Source: Schmidtea polychroa (Eukaryota). Taken from it: a DNA stretch of 64,000 nt. A program made the translations under genes and the position numbers. Shown in pieces: positions 26,795-41,257 of the stretch (position 1 is its first letter; each line of letters starts with the position of its first letter). The DNA lies in contig CM097885.1 in assembly GCA_044892525.1 (NCBI GenBank), forward strand, positions 43,030,001 to 43,094,000, read 5' to 3'. The notes below the pieces were generated by a model. The model ran no database searches and had not been told where the DNA came from. It saw nothing but the letters and a program-made list of their open reading frames with translations.

Positions 26795-29700
26795 AGATAT
26801 TTAAATTGATATATTGTTTAAATATTGAGATTTTATAATAAATATATATTTGAAAATAGAGTGTTAGCTTTAATAATTTTTAATGAAAATGTTACTGGTG
26901 ACCACGCCGAAATCGAAACTCTGACGAGATCACAGCAAAGGCAAAAAATTGTAGAATCTTTGCCAAAGAATATTCAAGATTCAATTTATCCAGTGATAAA
27001 AACGTTTTTTGGAGGAAAAGAAGAAAATGCAAAGGACTGGCTTTTATCTATTGAAGAATTTGTGACAATAAATTCGCTCAATTTAGGAGCAGCATTCGAT
27101 TGGTTATTGCATCGAGACGCAAAAGAGTTATGGATGGCCTTTAAGGACGCACAAAAGACTCCGGCCTCAGATCAAGAGATAAAAAGTTGGTTTATTTTAA
27201 AATATGTAAAATTCAAAAGTTTTTTGCAAAATATCGAAGACATGAGTCTGATAAAGCAGAAATCGGACGAAAGTTTTGAAAATTTTGTAATCAGAGTGAG
27301 GAAATTAGTGCTCGAAGTTCTTTCCGCAAATCAAACAGAAGACATGATTGTCAAGGATATTGTAACAAGACGTATGTATTCAGAAAAAGTTCAGGATGCA
27401 ATTGCAATGAACCCAGAAGTATCTTTTACAGAAATAGAGAAATTGAATGTAAATTTTGAAAATAATTTACATACAGAAGACACCATAGAGGTATTTGTAT
27501 TGGCAGATGATATGATCATTATTTTACTAACTGCCCTCTATTAAGGAGTAATAATAAAAGAAGAATTCACTGTATTCAAGAAGAAAATAATTTAGGAAAT
27601 CTGACTTATTCGTATGAAGACCTTGAGAATAATGTCACGTCAGAATCTGAAGTAAATGAAATAGGGTCGATTACAGGAAGTAATAGGAAAAATGACAAAG
27701 ACCGTCCTTTAAACGAGATACACTCCATGGCAAAAATTTCGTCTGTGAAGTCGTTAAATTAGATGTGCAGAACACAGAAAATCGAAATGTTATGATGTTC
27801 AAGAAGACGGATGGAAGGTGGTGGAGTTTTGTTCAGTGTTGTGGAATGCGGTTGGTGTTAGCTATAGTGATACCGAACGATGTAAAAAAACGCTGGATGT
27901 TTTTGGACCAAATTCAGACCCAAAACTGGTGGAGTTAGTAACCATGTATAGTACGATCTTCATGGCATCAGATTTTCATCTAGGTTGTACTAGTTTGGTT
28001 ACACATACTATAAAACGCCTGGAAATCCAATTATTCAAAATCATAGGTGCATGGCAATTCAGATGGAATCAAAAGTGGACGATATGATTATGAAATTATT
28101 AAAAATGGGCATTATCAGGAAATGCCAAGGAATGGAACTCACCTACGGTCTTGGTAGGTAAGAAAGACGGATCAATCAGGATGTGTCAAGATTTTAGGAA
28201 GGTTAATGAAGTTACTGAAAATTTCAGTTTTCCAATAGCAGATCCTCAAACAATATTAGATTCTTTGTCCGGATCTTCAGTTTATTCGTCCCTAGACTTG
28301 GGGCAGGCATATTATCAGGTACATGTGGATGAAGCGTCTCAGTTAAAAACAGCGTTTTCTTCAAAGAAAGGACCGTTTTGAATGTCATTTGAATTATCCA
28401 CAGCTCCGGCAACTTTCCAAAGACTTATGCACATATTATTTGATGATATTTTGTATAATGGTGTTGCAGTATATTTAGATGACGTACTGATATATGGGAT
28501 AACTATCGAAGAACACAATAGAAATTTGGAGGAAGTTTTCAAGCGAATGAAATCAGCAGGATTAAGGATCAATCCTAAGAAGTGTAGTTTTTATAAGAGT
28601 GAATTGATATTCTTGGGCCATAAAATTTCAGCAGAAGGAATATCCACGAATAACAATATGATAAAGAGAATTATTGAGGTTGAAATACCGAAATGTAGCA
28701 AACAACTACGTTCATTTTTGGGATTAGCAAATTATTATCGCAAATTTGTTCCAAATTTTGCTGAAATAGTCAAACCGTTGTAAGAACCTACAAAGATACA
28801 TGAAAAAGATATTAAATGGAATGACAAGTGTGAAGAAAGTTTCCGAAAACTTAAACAGGTATTATCGAGTGCAACAATCTTGGCGTTTCCAAATAAGGTC
28901 GATTACTTTATTTTGGATTGGTGCTGTTCTAAGTCAAGTTCAAAACGGTTGTGAAAAAGTCATAGCATATGGTTCAAAACTTTTAAGTGCTCACGAGAAA
29001 GGATACTGTGTAACTAGAAAAGAACTATTAGCAATATACGAGTACGTCCTATATTTTCGGCATTATTTATATGGAAAAAAGTTTGATATACGTACGGACA
29101 ATAAGGCTTTAAAGTTCTTAAAAATCAACTTCGAAACCAATAAGTCCACAATTCCAAACATGGTTGACTGAGTTATCAGGTTATGATTTTGATTTAAAAT
29201 ATAGGAAGGGTAAAAATCATAACAACGCTGATGGACTATCGAGGATATTGTTAAGTTATTGCTTACAATGTCAAACTGAACACGAAGAAAGAAAACTTGA
29301 GAAGAGCCGAATAAGATTTTTAAACGTGATTACTTCAAGTAATTTCAATATACAGTTATATATTGAGAATCAGGAAGCAGATAATTTGTTGTCTACAATA
29401 AAGAAATATGTACTAAACCCGAGTCCCGAGATACCTCATTTGATTCGGGATTCACCTTATTTCAAAATATTGGATCAGATATTGGTAAAAGACAATATGT
29501 TATTAATAGTAAATGATGATAAGCAGAAGATAATAATTCCGCAGAAGATAGCGTCACAAGTCGTACAGCATATGCACAAAGAACTCTGTCATTTAGGAGT
29601 TAAGAAAACAACAAATTATATGATCGATTATTTCTATTGGATACACATGGTAACCGATATACGAGATATTATAAAAAAATGTGATATATGCATGAGAAGG

Positions 29701-30640
29701 AATGTTTTGACAAGTAAAACAGCTGAATATTTAATTCCTAGGGTAATAATGAATTCGATGGAACAAATCGTAATCGATATTGCTCATATGAAGGAAACCA
29801 GAAACCGTAACCGTTATTTGTTAGTAATAATTGATCAGTTCAGCAAGATGGTCAGTTTAACGCCTACTCCGAACCAAGACGAAAAGACTGTATATCGTGT
29901 ACTTTTACACAATTGGATATACAAATTTGGTAAACCAGCTTACATTGTTTCGGATAAAGGTAAGGTTTTCGAGGGAAGTCAAATCAAAGCGCTAGTTGAT
30001 AATTTTAACATCGAATGGATATTTACTTCGCCATATATGGTTTAGCAGAACGCGTAATACGAACAGTTCGTGATATGATCGTGACATTTTGAATGATGGT
30101 CAAACTGGAAGGTGTTGGGACGACATTATGCCAAAAATTGAATATTCCCTAAACTCAACAACACAGAATTCTACGGGATTTTCGCCAATGGAAATACTAT
30201 TTGGAAGAAAGGTTTATATACATGGAAAGAATTCATTCATAAATCTTAATCGAGAACAAGTATTATTGACAGCACAGAATAATGTTATGGTAGCGGTAGA
30301 TAAAATGAGATCAAGAGATGCAGATAAGAAAAGTCATCGGCATTTTGAGGTGGGTCAAAGAGTTCTAGTAAAAATGGATTCACACAAGAGATCAAAACAT
30401 GGTAATTTGTTCGAAGGTCCTGTAAAGATTCTTGGTTTTCCAGCGGAACACCAAGTTGAACTAGAATATCCAGATGGGAAAGGATGCAGAAGGATTGAAT
30501 GGCTGAAAGAGTATCACAGTTCTTAAAGAAGGGGAGAGTGACGATATTTAAATTGATATGTTTAAATATTCAGATTTTATAATAAATATATATTTGAAAA
30601 TAGCGTGTTAGTATTAATGATTTTTAATGAAAATGTCACT
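26795..30640 (+). mobile_element. Degraded Ty3/Gypsy LTR retrotransposon with about 100-bp LTRs
   Basis: Direct repeats at about 26795-26896 and 30537-30640 (AGTGAC...GTCACT), PBS-like TGGTGACC, PPT AAGAAGGGGAG. Fragmented gag, RT (YLDD), RNase H and integrase (IDIAH/SDKG) with stops and frameshifts. Confidence 0.9.
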
Positions 30641-30664
30641 ATATATATAATTTGAAAGTAGTAC

Positions 30665-30911
30665 TTTAAGTTGACTTTCTTGTTTGGAATCTGATATAAA
30701 ATCACAAGTAGGACTGAGTAAAATACATGCTGTAGTTTGCACAGACAGGCCCGAACATCGTCCTTTTGTCGAACAAGTTCTCTGACGACTTAATCTGCCA
30801 ATTCCACAAGTTCTACTGCAAACTGACCATGAACTCCACGAGGACCATTCTGGTCTCTTGGGGGGAACTTCACAGTTTTCTCCGGTAAAGCCGTGGATGC
30901 ATGTACAGCTT
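30665..30911 (-). CDS. Host exon encoding an EGF-domain end and a thrombospondin type-1 repeat
   Basis: CTCIHGFTGENCE then WSSWSSWSVCSRTCGIGRLSRQRTC. GT donor at 30664. 5' boundary approximate. Confidence 0.85.
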
Positions 30912-31149
30912 AGCATAAAATTAGTTTACCAAAAAATAACAAAATTGGAAAGTTTTGCTAACTAATGAATATTTAATTTTATTCATGTAACATAATATAT
31001 TCCAAAAATAAAATGATCACAATTACATTGTATTCTTTTTCACTAATTTCCATACTAAGCTTCGTTAGATTTATTCCAAAAATGATAATTTGACCAGTAT
31101 TAAAATAAATTATCACAAGTTAGTTAGAAATATTTTTTTATTATAATTG

Positions 31150-32346
31150 TTATTTGTAATTGTTATTCGTAATAAAAATTCTATTCTGTTTCCTAATTCT
31201 GATGCCATTGATGGAAATTTCACTTTCCATGTGAATATTTGGCAGTTGAAGGTATCCACATTTTGCAGGTCGGTATTCGAAACCAATTTCAGCTGCAGTT
31301 GCAACAGCGATATCGGTTATTTTTTGTAGTTCTTCAATAGATTTTGCAACTAGAGCAATGTCATCTGCATATGCAAGTATCTTAATAGGAGATTTTCCTA
31401 TCATGAAGGGTCTAGAATCAGATTGAGATACCGCTTCAAGTACTGGGTTGATGGCCAAAGCAAACAAAATGATGGAAATAGGGCATCCTTGCTTGACACC
31501 TTGCTTTATCGAAATGTTTGGAGTGAGAATATGACCACAACTATAGAAAGTGCTTGTGTTGGAATTTTGCATCTGGATGATGGATGCAAATTCCTCACTT
31601 ACTCCAATGAATCGTAGTAAGGACCACATATAATCATTTGGAACACTGCCGAAAGCATCTTTAATGTCGAGCCAGACAATTGCAAGAGGTTTGTTTACAC
31701 TATATTTGGAATGTTCTAATGCAGCAGAAAGAATCGAGTTGTGCTCAACACATCCATCACGTTTTGAGCCACCATTCTGACCAATGTGTAACAGTTCGTT
31801 AGAGTTTATCCAACTGGTCAGACGACTTGCTAGACAAGAAGCAAAAACCTTATAAATGACAGACAGTAGAGCAATTTGGCGCCAAGATGAGACGTCGTCG
31901 TATTTGCCTTCTTTGCCAGGCTTAGGAGTTAGAAGGGTTTTGAAAGTCTTCCAACTGTCTGGTATGATTTTGTTGGAAATAATTTTATTATATAAAAATG
32001 TTAGCAGTTTACCCTCAGGATCAAGAAGCAACAAGTCACGATATTGTATTCCATCCATTCCAGGACTTGAGTTGTCAGCTTTCTTGAGTTCGTCAATTAC
32101 TTCATCATTGGTGAAGAGTGCCAGATTTAGTGCTTTCTCTGAACGTTTGCAGAAGTTGCAAATGTTATTACAATTTCCTTGGAAAGGAGATTTAATAAGG
32201 AAATTTAAAACAATATTTTGAAAAGTTTGTCGTTCATTGATGTCGATGTTATTGAATATTTTGTTAACGGTTGATTTCATGTTTGTCATGAATTTGGTAA
32301 TTAATTTGCTTTTAGTGATTTTATGAGTTTTTATCTTATTACCCAA
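31150..32346 (-). pseudogene. Truncated non-LTR retrotransposon reverse transcriptase (R2/NeSL-like)
   Basis: SSPGMDG, WRQIALLS, DGCVEHN, WLDIKDAFGSV, GVKQGCPIS and LAYADD motifs. C-terminal endonuclease absent. Confidence 0.88.
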
Positions 32347-33304
32347 ATATGGTTTGTGTGGTTTTTAAACGATTTGGGAACTCTTCATTGATAACATCAA
32401 TGATTTGATTTACATTAAGATTCATCACTTTTCTGAGAAGTATTAACTTACATTTTTTATCGAAATAATTCCAAATAAATTCATAAAATGTCATAAAATT
32501 CCCAAAAAACACCTGAAATTTAATTATCAATATTTTATATTATAAATGCTGGCTAAAAGTAATATTTAAGAACTTGAATAATGATATCGTAATTATAAAA
32601 AATCAAAATTCAAGTCTTAAAAGTTATTTAAAATTAAAACAATTACCTGAAAACGATTTTTCAAAAATGAAGTTAAGTAATCACATAAGTAGTCACATAA
32701 ATGGTGAGTCACCTTAACTGGTGTGCACACCAACGTATATTATAGACAATGTTCAATTTCGGAACTAGGTGTATCTGGTCTATAATGTAGCAGGAATACA
32801 GAGATTACCGATATATCTTTTGAGATAAAATATAACACATGCATCTCTATATAACTGAAATTAGCTTACCATGTGTCATCTAAAGCAGTACTGGGGTAAA
32901 AAAGGTTTGACTAATATAAAATTGCCAGAATATGTACTTACATAAATTTCATGACATATTTAAGGTCAAATAAAAAGAAAAATAATTTATAAAATTGACA
33001 TCGGTCCCTGGTGTAATAGGATTTTTTTTTCGGTTCGCCAAACTGAAAAGTTTGAGAAGCAACGATCTAAAGCTATTGTTATGATTTTTACTCTTTTCTC
33101 ATGAATTTTATTAAATTTTCAAAATGTTTTCTATAAAATATAATAATGATGATTGTCATTGCTAATAACGGACAAAGGTAGAGAATGTTTAAATGTTAAT
33201 TGTAATTCAACTAGCAAAAGAAAAATGAAATAATCCTCTATTTTTCAAATAAAATTAATATAATTTATGATATATTTATGATATATTACTTGTAAAGTAA
33301 TGAT

Positions 33305-33568
33305 TGGATATTTTGTGGATCTGGGACCAAATCTTGGCATTTGCCGCCGTGTTGACAAGGAGTAAACTGGCACTCGTCAATATTAACACATCGTGGATCA
33401 AAATCGCTGATATCATTTTAAGACTTAATTCCATCATCAAATTTACTTATATCTTCGAAATCCTTTTGTACAAAGACAGTTGTAGCCTTTATTTACGGAG
33501 GTCTCGTCCCTACGACATTGAAATGAACCGCATAATTTCCTCGAATATTTACAAGGATTTACAGGTTC
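33305..33568 (-). CDS. Two host exons encoding EGF and calcium-binding EGF domains
   Basis: Manual translation NPCKYSRKLCGSFQC...GYNCLCTKGFRRY, an approximately 40-bp GT-AG intron, then DFDPRCVNIDECQFTPCQHGGKCQDL. Boundaries approximate. Confidence 0.8.
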
Positions 33569-34617
33569 CTTAATTAAATATCAAATTTCTATCAATTTAT
33601 TAAATTAAAAATACTTTTGTTTAAATAAAAATGGTATACTTAAAATTAAAAAATTCTAATTTTTTAATATTTTAATAAGGAGTTTTGAATATTTTTTAAT
33701 TATATTTAAAATATTAAAAGTTCATGTTAATGATGGTATTATAAAAAATGACAAAAGACAAATAAAACTTATAAAATGACGTAATTTCATTATTTTTTTA
33801 TTGAGAAATTTGTAATATTTTTATTGACAGTGGGTCGACAATCCTCGGATCCCAGATTCCCAGGGTTTCGAATTCACTATTATAATCCTTCACTACGACG
33901 CTTCGTGGAAAAAATATTTTTACAAATTTTGTTTAAATTTTCATTTCTTTTAGTATTAATCAATTACCAAATAAAGTCAAACAGACAAACGAACAAACAT
34001 TGATTTAAACAAAAAAAATTATAAAAATATAATTCTAATTTCTAAATTATTCATAAAATTCTCGTTGTGTCAAAGCACGAGTGAAAATAGTTGAAAAATC
34101 GTAATTGTAAAATTCAGTGTAATAATGAATATTATAATTTGTATTTTAGTGAAACTGTTTTTCTATTTTCAACGGTCGCAAATTATTTCGGCGCCAATAT
34201 TTAATTAAAATCTAATTTAGGCTGATGAGAATAGTAAACATGAACGTAATTTGAAATTAGCGATTATTTAATTTCATCAAACGTGTTCAATTTTTGGTGG
34301 AAAATAAAAACCAAAAAATATAATAATTAAAATTTTATTATTAGATTAATAATTTATTTGTTTATTTTTAAATATAAATGAGATTCATACATTAGGATTG
34401 AGCTAGTGGTCGCTAATTCTTTGAGGCCCAAATCGTCAAATAAAATATTTAATTGTTAAAATACAATAAATATAAAAATAAAAATAATGCAAATTTTATA
34501 TTTTAAGATTAATTGCAGTAATGTCCTAGGTCAAAACATACCATTCTTGTTTCTATATTTATAAAAATTATAGTCCTCTCACAAATTCAAAATTAGGTAT
34601 AACAATATTCTTTAGAT

Positions 34618-35320
34618 CAATGGTTCTGAAACATACTTGATCCACATACCCCTTTGCATAGCTAAAACCTGACCATTAACCACCAAGTAAAAAAACTATG
34701 CACAAATTACAAATTTCACTATATCATGACTAGTAAATGGAAACATAAGAATAAAAAATAAATGTAGATAGTCTTATAGTTGAAAATATTTTCATTAAAT
34801 ACATTATTCGCAGCAAAAGGCTTAAATTATCACTTTATTGTTTTAAATAATAAATGCTGCTACCAAGAAATCATCACTTTATAGTTGAATATTTAAAGTA
34901 ATATTTATTGAAATTATAATTTTTTTTTAAATAAAAAAACATTCTTTTAATTATTACTAAAGAGATGGATAAACCTGATGTGAAATTATTTATGTTTGGT
35001 TCAATGTTTGTGAGTAACATTCTTAAGTCTCCGCGGGTACTAATTTGGAGTCGGTTTCAATTTTTCGTGACGAGGATCGTAACTAGTTTGTATCCCCGTT
35101 CTACTGAATAGGATGACGGGAAATCAATCAACAGCTTCTGTACAGTGGCCCGTAGCGTATGGTATAAAACTGATGTCTGCTTTTGTTACCGGAATTTGAG
35201 GTATTCTTGTTCAAAGATTGGTTTCAGTGCTTCATTTTTAGATAATTCATTAGGTTGCTTCTTTGTTAGTAAGTACTCATCTGAGTTTGTGGGTCTATTT
35301 TAAAAAGGATGAAATCTGAA
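34618..35320 (-). mobile_element. hAT (Buster/Charlie-like) transposon remnant
   Basis: Minus-strand FPSSYSVERGY...RGDLRMLLTNIEPNI resembles the hAT dimerisation domain. Charlie-like terminus TAGATCAATGGTTCT near 34613-34627. Confidence 0.6.
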
Positions 35321-35778
35321 TTAAGAGCTATTAAGTGTTGACAATAACCAAACAAACCTTCATCTTGTTTTGCAATTTTGAAAGAAATTTTGTTTGTACA
35401 GTAAATTTCTTGATATTAAAGCAGATATTATACTTTTAGTTTTGTTTAAATTAATTGATACCCTTGTAACTTCAAACTGGTTTCATTAAATGTGGCAAAT
35501 AAATTATGATTTTCAAAAAAAATGAAATGACAAATTAATTTTTTTATTTAAAGCTTGCATTTGAAACCAAATTGACATAACTTTACATGAAATAAGCATT
35601 ACATGTAAATTTCTTCTTATCAAAATTTTTTCAAAAAATAAAATTTCATGTAAATTGAAAGCAATTTTTATTCACCACAGCTTAACCTTAAATATTCTTC
35701 CTTTATCCTCTCACCATAACATGTTCTGTTAAAAAATTACATGTAATTAATTAACGCTACACTATAATTCCATTTAAA

Positions 35779-35779
<1 letters not shown>

Positions 35780-35864
<85 letters not shown>

Positions 35865-36013
35865 TGAAAATTTTGCGTTGAAAACTACCCTATGACATTC
35901 CGCTGATCGAAAGGGTATTCCCTGCCAAATTTCATTGCATTTGGTTGTACCGTGTCCAAATGCATAAATAACAAACAAACAAACAGACAAACATTCTTCT
36001 TTATATATAAAGA
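35780..36013 (-). mobile_element. Helitron-like 5' end running into a (TA)n microsatellite
   Basis: Minus strand begins TCTTTATATATAAAG followed by TGTTTGTCTGTTTGTTTG, the usual start of non-autonomous Helitrons. A similar GTCTGTTTGTT leader lies at about 42260-42280. Confidence 0.55.
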
Positions 36014-36021
36014 TAATCTAG

Positions 36022-36558
36022 TCGGGTATGCAGCCCATTCATTGTGCGTGTAAAGGAGCCACTCTAGAAATGGTTCAGATATTGATTGATAACAAATGTG
36101 ACATTAATGCTAATGATGAGGTTATTTTCTTATTCTAATATTGATTAATTGATAATAAATTATATTCTAGTACTGCAAGCTGCCCATTCATTATTCATGT
36201 GATGGAGGCCATCAAACAGTGGTTCAGATATTGATTGATAACAAATGTGAAATAAATGCTGAAAATAAGGTTATTTGGTTATTTCAATATTGATTAATTG
36301 ATAATAAATTATGTTCTATTATGGCAAGCATTATACATGTGATTGAGGCCATCGAACGGTGGTTCAGATATTGATTGATAACAATTGTGACATTTACGCT
36401 GATGATGAGGTTGTTTGGTTATTCTAATATTGATTAATTGATAATAGATAATATTCTAGTATGGCAATCAGCCCATTCATTATTCATGTGAAGGAGGCCA
36501 TCTAATAGTGGTTCAGATATTGATTGATAACAAATGTGACATTAATGGTGATGATGAG
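36022..36558 (+). pseudogene. Ankyrin-repeat gene fragment, four tandem exon+intron units
   Basis: 99-bp exons (36022-36120, 36171-36269, 36460-36558) each encode one repeat such as YGNQPIHYSCEGGHLIVVQILIDNKCDINGDDE, separated by 50-bp introns. The third unit has a deletion, a stop and a lost acceptor. Confidence 0.85.
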
Positions 36559-38299
36559 GTTGTTTGGTTATTCCAATATTGATTAATTAATAATAGATCA
36601 AGGTCGGGGAAATGTTTCATTACCTCCCAGTCGAGTAAAAAGATGGCCATTTTGATGAGTTTTGCAATCTGGTCACTGTACTACAAAATCACTGCCGAAT
36701 CAAATGATTTTTTGGTCGCAATTCATTTGCTTGGCCAACTCTCTTGTGATTTGACGCTAATTATCGTTCAAAAGTGCGTTTAAACGGTCTTTATCGAAGT
36801 CAGCAGAACGGCCGAAAAGAGGAGCACCATTGTGGTCAAAATAGCCACTTTTATATTTTGTGAAACATTTCTGTGCCACTTGCTAGGTAATTATGTCTTC
36901 TACTTACACCGCACAAATTTCCCCAGCCGTGTCCGTGGCTTTAGCACTACGATTGAACACAAAAGCCAAGTGGTATCGAAAATGCAAATCTTTGCAAGGT
37001 CTTAGAATAAAAAAAACAAAATTTTCGAGAAAATCGATGACGACGTTCTTGTAGAATAAAGAATTTGCTTTCCAAACACATACAACACTTCGTCAAACGC
37101 AGCACAATAGCAGCAAAAATTAAATTGAAAAAACAAATGCACTTATTCCTCGCCTATGCCTCTGTATAAATATGTGTATCATATTTATAATTGATAAAAT
37201 AAATTTTTCTTTCAGATTTATGTTCAAAAACAATGTAGTTTTAGAGTCACCTCTTTTTTCAATTTAATATATTTAATTATTACTAATGTTAAAATAAAAA
37301 ATAATTTTTATTAAATAATAAATTATAATTTTTTTGGAAAAATAAAAAGGAAATAATTAAAATATTTCAATATCAACGGAAATCTATTTTATTTAATTTA
37401 CAGGAAAACTAAAGAATTAAAAAAAATATAATTAAAAATTTCTTTTTGTTAAATTTGTAAAAATAAATTAGAATTAGATTTTGAAAGAAATATTAAAAAT
37501 TTACTGAAAGAATTTATTAAATATTTTAACTTTTAGTGTTTTTATCAGGTTTTTTTTATAATTTCTGCAAGTCACACATTAAATAAATATTAACTTGGTA
37601 GGATAAAGGATTTGATCTAATAAGATCTAAAATATTACGCGCAAAATGTTTAAGTGGTAATAACAAAATGCTCCTTGGCATTTATATCTTTTAGCTGTTA
37701 TTAATAATTTGTAACTTAAGGGTCATTATTTTTTTATCAATTGCCTTGATTTGAATTTTGAATTTTTATTAAAATATTTTGTTTTCATTCCCATCCAAGG
37801 TATAATTTTCATATACATTTACAAAAATTAATAAATAAGTAAAACCATAATATTGTTCTGGAAGTCATCTAAATGCAAATTTTTTCATGTATCACTATAT
37901 AGTTGTAAAGTAGGTAGATATGACCTTACCGCCCCAATTTGGTACCCCACCTTACTACTCAATAATTAGTCAGAAGTTAACAAATATTTTCATTAATTAT
38001 TTCCTTTTTTTATTATTTTTATTGAATTAATTAATTATTATAATTTTATTTTTTTATTTTGTTATTTAATTTAATTTATTTTAGTTTAAATTTAAATTAT
38101 TAATTCTTATCTGTAATTCTTATTATTATTTTTTACTAATTTACGCAAACTGAGACAGAAATGTTCAAAATATAAAAATATATTAGTCAAACTTATTTTA
38201 CATTTAATTTTTAAAAAAATCAATAAAAACAATTTTTTTAACAAAGATTTATTTAAAAAAAACGAGAATGATGGATCCAGATCGAATTATTAAACAACA

Positions 38300-41255
38300 A
38301 ATGAGGTACCTCCCATATAATGTCCATATGCATAACTTTTATTTTTCCCCATCCAAACCCTTTTATCATCTGCGTTGGTAAGTGCAGTTTTTCATTTTTT
38401 ATGGTGAATAACTAGTGATTTTTGTTAGTTATTCTAGTTTGCGGTAAAGAAAAAATTTGGTTAGTATTATAACAATCCAGGTACGACTGATGTTTTATGT
38501 CACTACTTTTCAATGTTACTCCTTTAGCTTTTTAATCTCGTCATCACATAACAAACAATAACATTTAGGTTAACCCACTCCTTATATTCAGTGCTCGAAG
38601 TGAGGCGGGATAGCCGGGATATTATCCCGGCATTGATTATGTAGGCGGAATTGCATCCCGTCACTTCATTTCATATAATCTATAGGTTTATCCCGGTACT
38701 TATTTCATTTTATAGGCACACAAATACTGCAATTAAGGTCACACATAGTACATCCATATATGTATGTATATATATATATTCTTTATTCTCTATTCTCTAT
38801 TCAATTAAGAATTTCCCAAGCAGCAGTAATGGATAGGTAGGTATATTCTGAAACTTATGATTAAATGGGTGGACACCCCCCCCCAAAAAAAAATTTGTTG
38901 GACACCCCCCAAAGTTTTGCAACACCCCCAAATGAAAATTTCTGCATAAAAGCCTGGAATCCCGGGTGCCACAGCATGCCTATCCCGGCACATATTTTGT
39001 TCCACTTCGAGCACTGCTTATATTTAAGCCCTTTATTCTCGTCTTTGAACTTTCCAATGACAAAATCAAGGTTCCTACTGTATAATGGATGACTAGTATC
39101 GTAATTAGATGTAACTAGTAAATTATCTCGGATCATCGCTGGCAAAAGAACATCAAGCTTACAGTTTTTTACTTCAAGGAAAAATGAATCCGTATTACCT
39201 GCAACGATATTAATTTTACAGTTGAATTTGTTACGATATTTTTGTAACTCTACATACTGCAGCTGATACATTATAATTTTCGATAGATCAAATACAGTTT
39301 GGCCAATGTAGCTGGGTCTATCTAAACAAATAGCTTCCTTATTTAGCAAGACTGATACTAAGTCATTGTCAATTTCATAAGTCCTTTTAAACGTTTGTTT
39401 AGATGTATATGTATGTAATTAACCTAGAAGCTGAATTACATAGCCGTAAACTTAGAAGTTTTTCAGATTCTCTACGGTCTTCCCGTAGAGACTATTATAT
39501 AATAACTTATAATAATTTGTATCCAAGCCATTACTCGATTCCGCCCTAAGTCGGGTATTATTATCGATGTAATCTTTAAAAATATTATCGTTTTTGAATT
39601 TAATTGCCCTATGTACATGAAATAATTTTACACCAATGGAAAGAAAAAGCTTGAGAAGTCTCCAATGAATAACACATAGTTCTTCTTGGGATGATGTGTA
39701 AGCATCAACTTCTCAACTTTAGAGCCAGATGGAGACATCTTTTCAGCGGCAACTGTAAAATCATCCAATTTGTCGTGAATCGAATCAGGAATTTCAAAAT
39801 CAACCTCCAAGGTAAATCCAAATGGAAGTACTTCCAAATATGCAGATTCACAAAAATAATTTTTTTTATTTAACTTTTCTCTATTGGTTACCCATTTAAA
39901 ATCCTTATATGGACGTTTTTGGCTTAAGGCCCACCCATACAAATTATTTATATCAATGTAAAGAAGTTCTGTATTGTCGAAGGATACTACATGGTGTTTG
40001 TTAACAAATGTTAATTTACCACGGATCCCCCCCCTTCGAAAAGATTGTACATCTCCATATCTTGCAACAGCTCGGTAGGAGATTTCAAAGTCGTTAAAGC
40101 GGAACTCCAGTTCATGACTGGAATTCCCTAGAAATTAAGAGGTTCAAGTCGATTATGTGCAATAAATTTTGAACGAAATTGTTGAAAATAGTCAGCTAGT
40201 AAGAAAACATCCAATTTAAAATATAACATCATGTAATCAAACATTCACAATTAAATTCTTCCCAGATATGCTGTGCCTTTTCATATTCATAGACCGTGAC
40301 TCCTTACCAAATTGGTGGTAAGTCATACGCAAACTTATATGGGAATTATCCCCTTTGAATTAACAATAGTCCCCCTAAATTCAGCTGTTAAAGTTATATC
40401 TTAAATGTTATATCTTAAATGTTAGGGTTTTTACTGCATCATTTAAACTGGAACTGACAAAAATCAATAAATTTAAAGCTTAAACTATCAACTTTGCCGT
40501 TTAAGTCAAAACCTTTTCGCTGCTGGTAGGAATGCAACTAATATCCCAATTTTTCATTTCATTTAAACCATATTTGAGAATATGATGTAAATCATATCCC
40601 CGTAAATTATGAAAAATTACAGGCATGATAAACCTAATCTGTCTTGAAATATTACATTTGGAACAAGCAGCCCCCAATTATTTACCCGTGTATCTATTAT
40701 TTACATAGTTTATTGCACAAGTAACAAATGGTTGATGAATGAAGGATCTTTTTTAATCAGAAGAAAGAATTTCCATTTTCTTTTCGGAATTATTTAAGGT
40801 AAAACTATTTTTTCACCAATGTCATTTATTTCAATCAAAAACTGTTCCATACAGTTTGAATCATAAAATCTCTTATGTATCTTTTCGCCAGTAAAATTAT
40901 TAATTAATAGTAGTCCGGCTGAAATCGGCAAATGGAGTTGAAAATATTTATCGTCCTTAGGTAAAACAGCCTCAAAATCAGCATATACAATAAAAGGAGG
41001 AGTCACAATCTTAGACCAATCTTTAAATATCAAGTTCTTATCGGAAGGTAAATTATACAAAGTTGTACCTAGTTGGTTTTTCTCACATAATGCCTAATGT
41101 TTCTTAAAAGTTTCAGCCAATCTGAATCCATTCAAGCATCGCTCACACTAAATACTCTGAATTCTAACATTTGAAACAGTATTACAATTCAAGACCCTGT
41201 CAAGATTAGTAACTGCTATGTAATGAAAAGAGTCACTTTCCCCAAAGACCGTCCT
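38300..41255 (-). pseudogene. Degraded protein-primed DNA polymerase B of a second Polinton
   Basis: Fragments PPFIVYADFEA, YGWALSQ, ICLDRPSYIGQ, IVAGNTDSFF and ALTNADDKR are collinear with the PolB at 56352-60416. Many frameshifts. Confidence 0.92.
38589..39016. mobile_element. hAT-type MITE (428 bp) inserted in the PolB remnant
   Basis: 14-bp TIR CAGTGCTCGAAGTG/CACTTCGAGCACTG and 8-bp TSD CTTATATT (38581-38588, 39017-39024). Confidence 0.92.
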
Positions 41256-41257
41256 GA

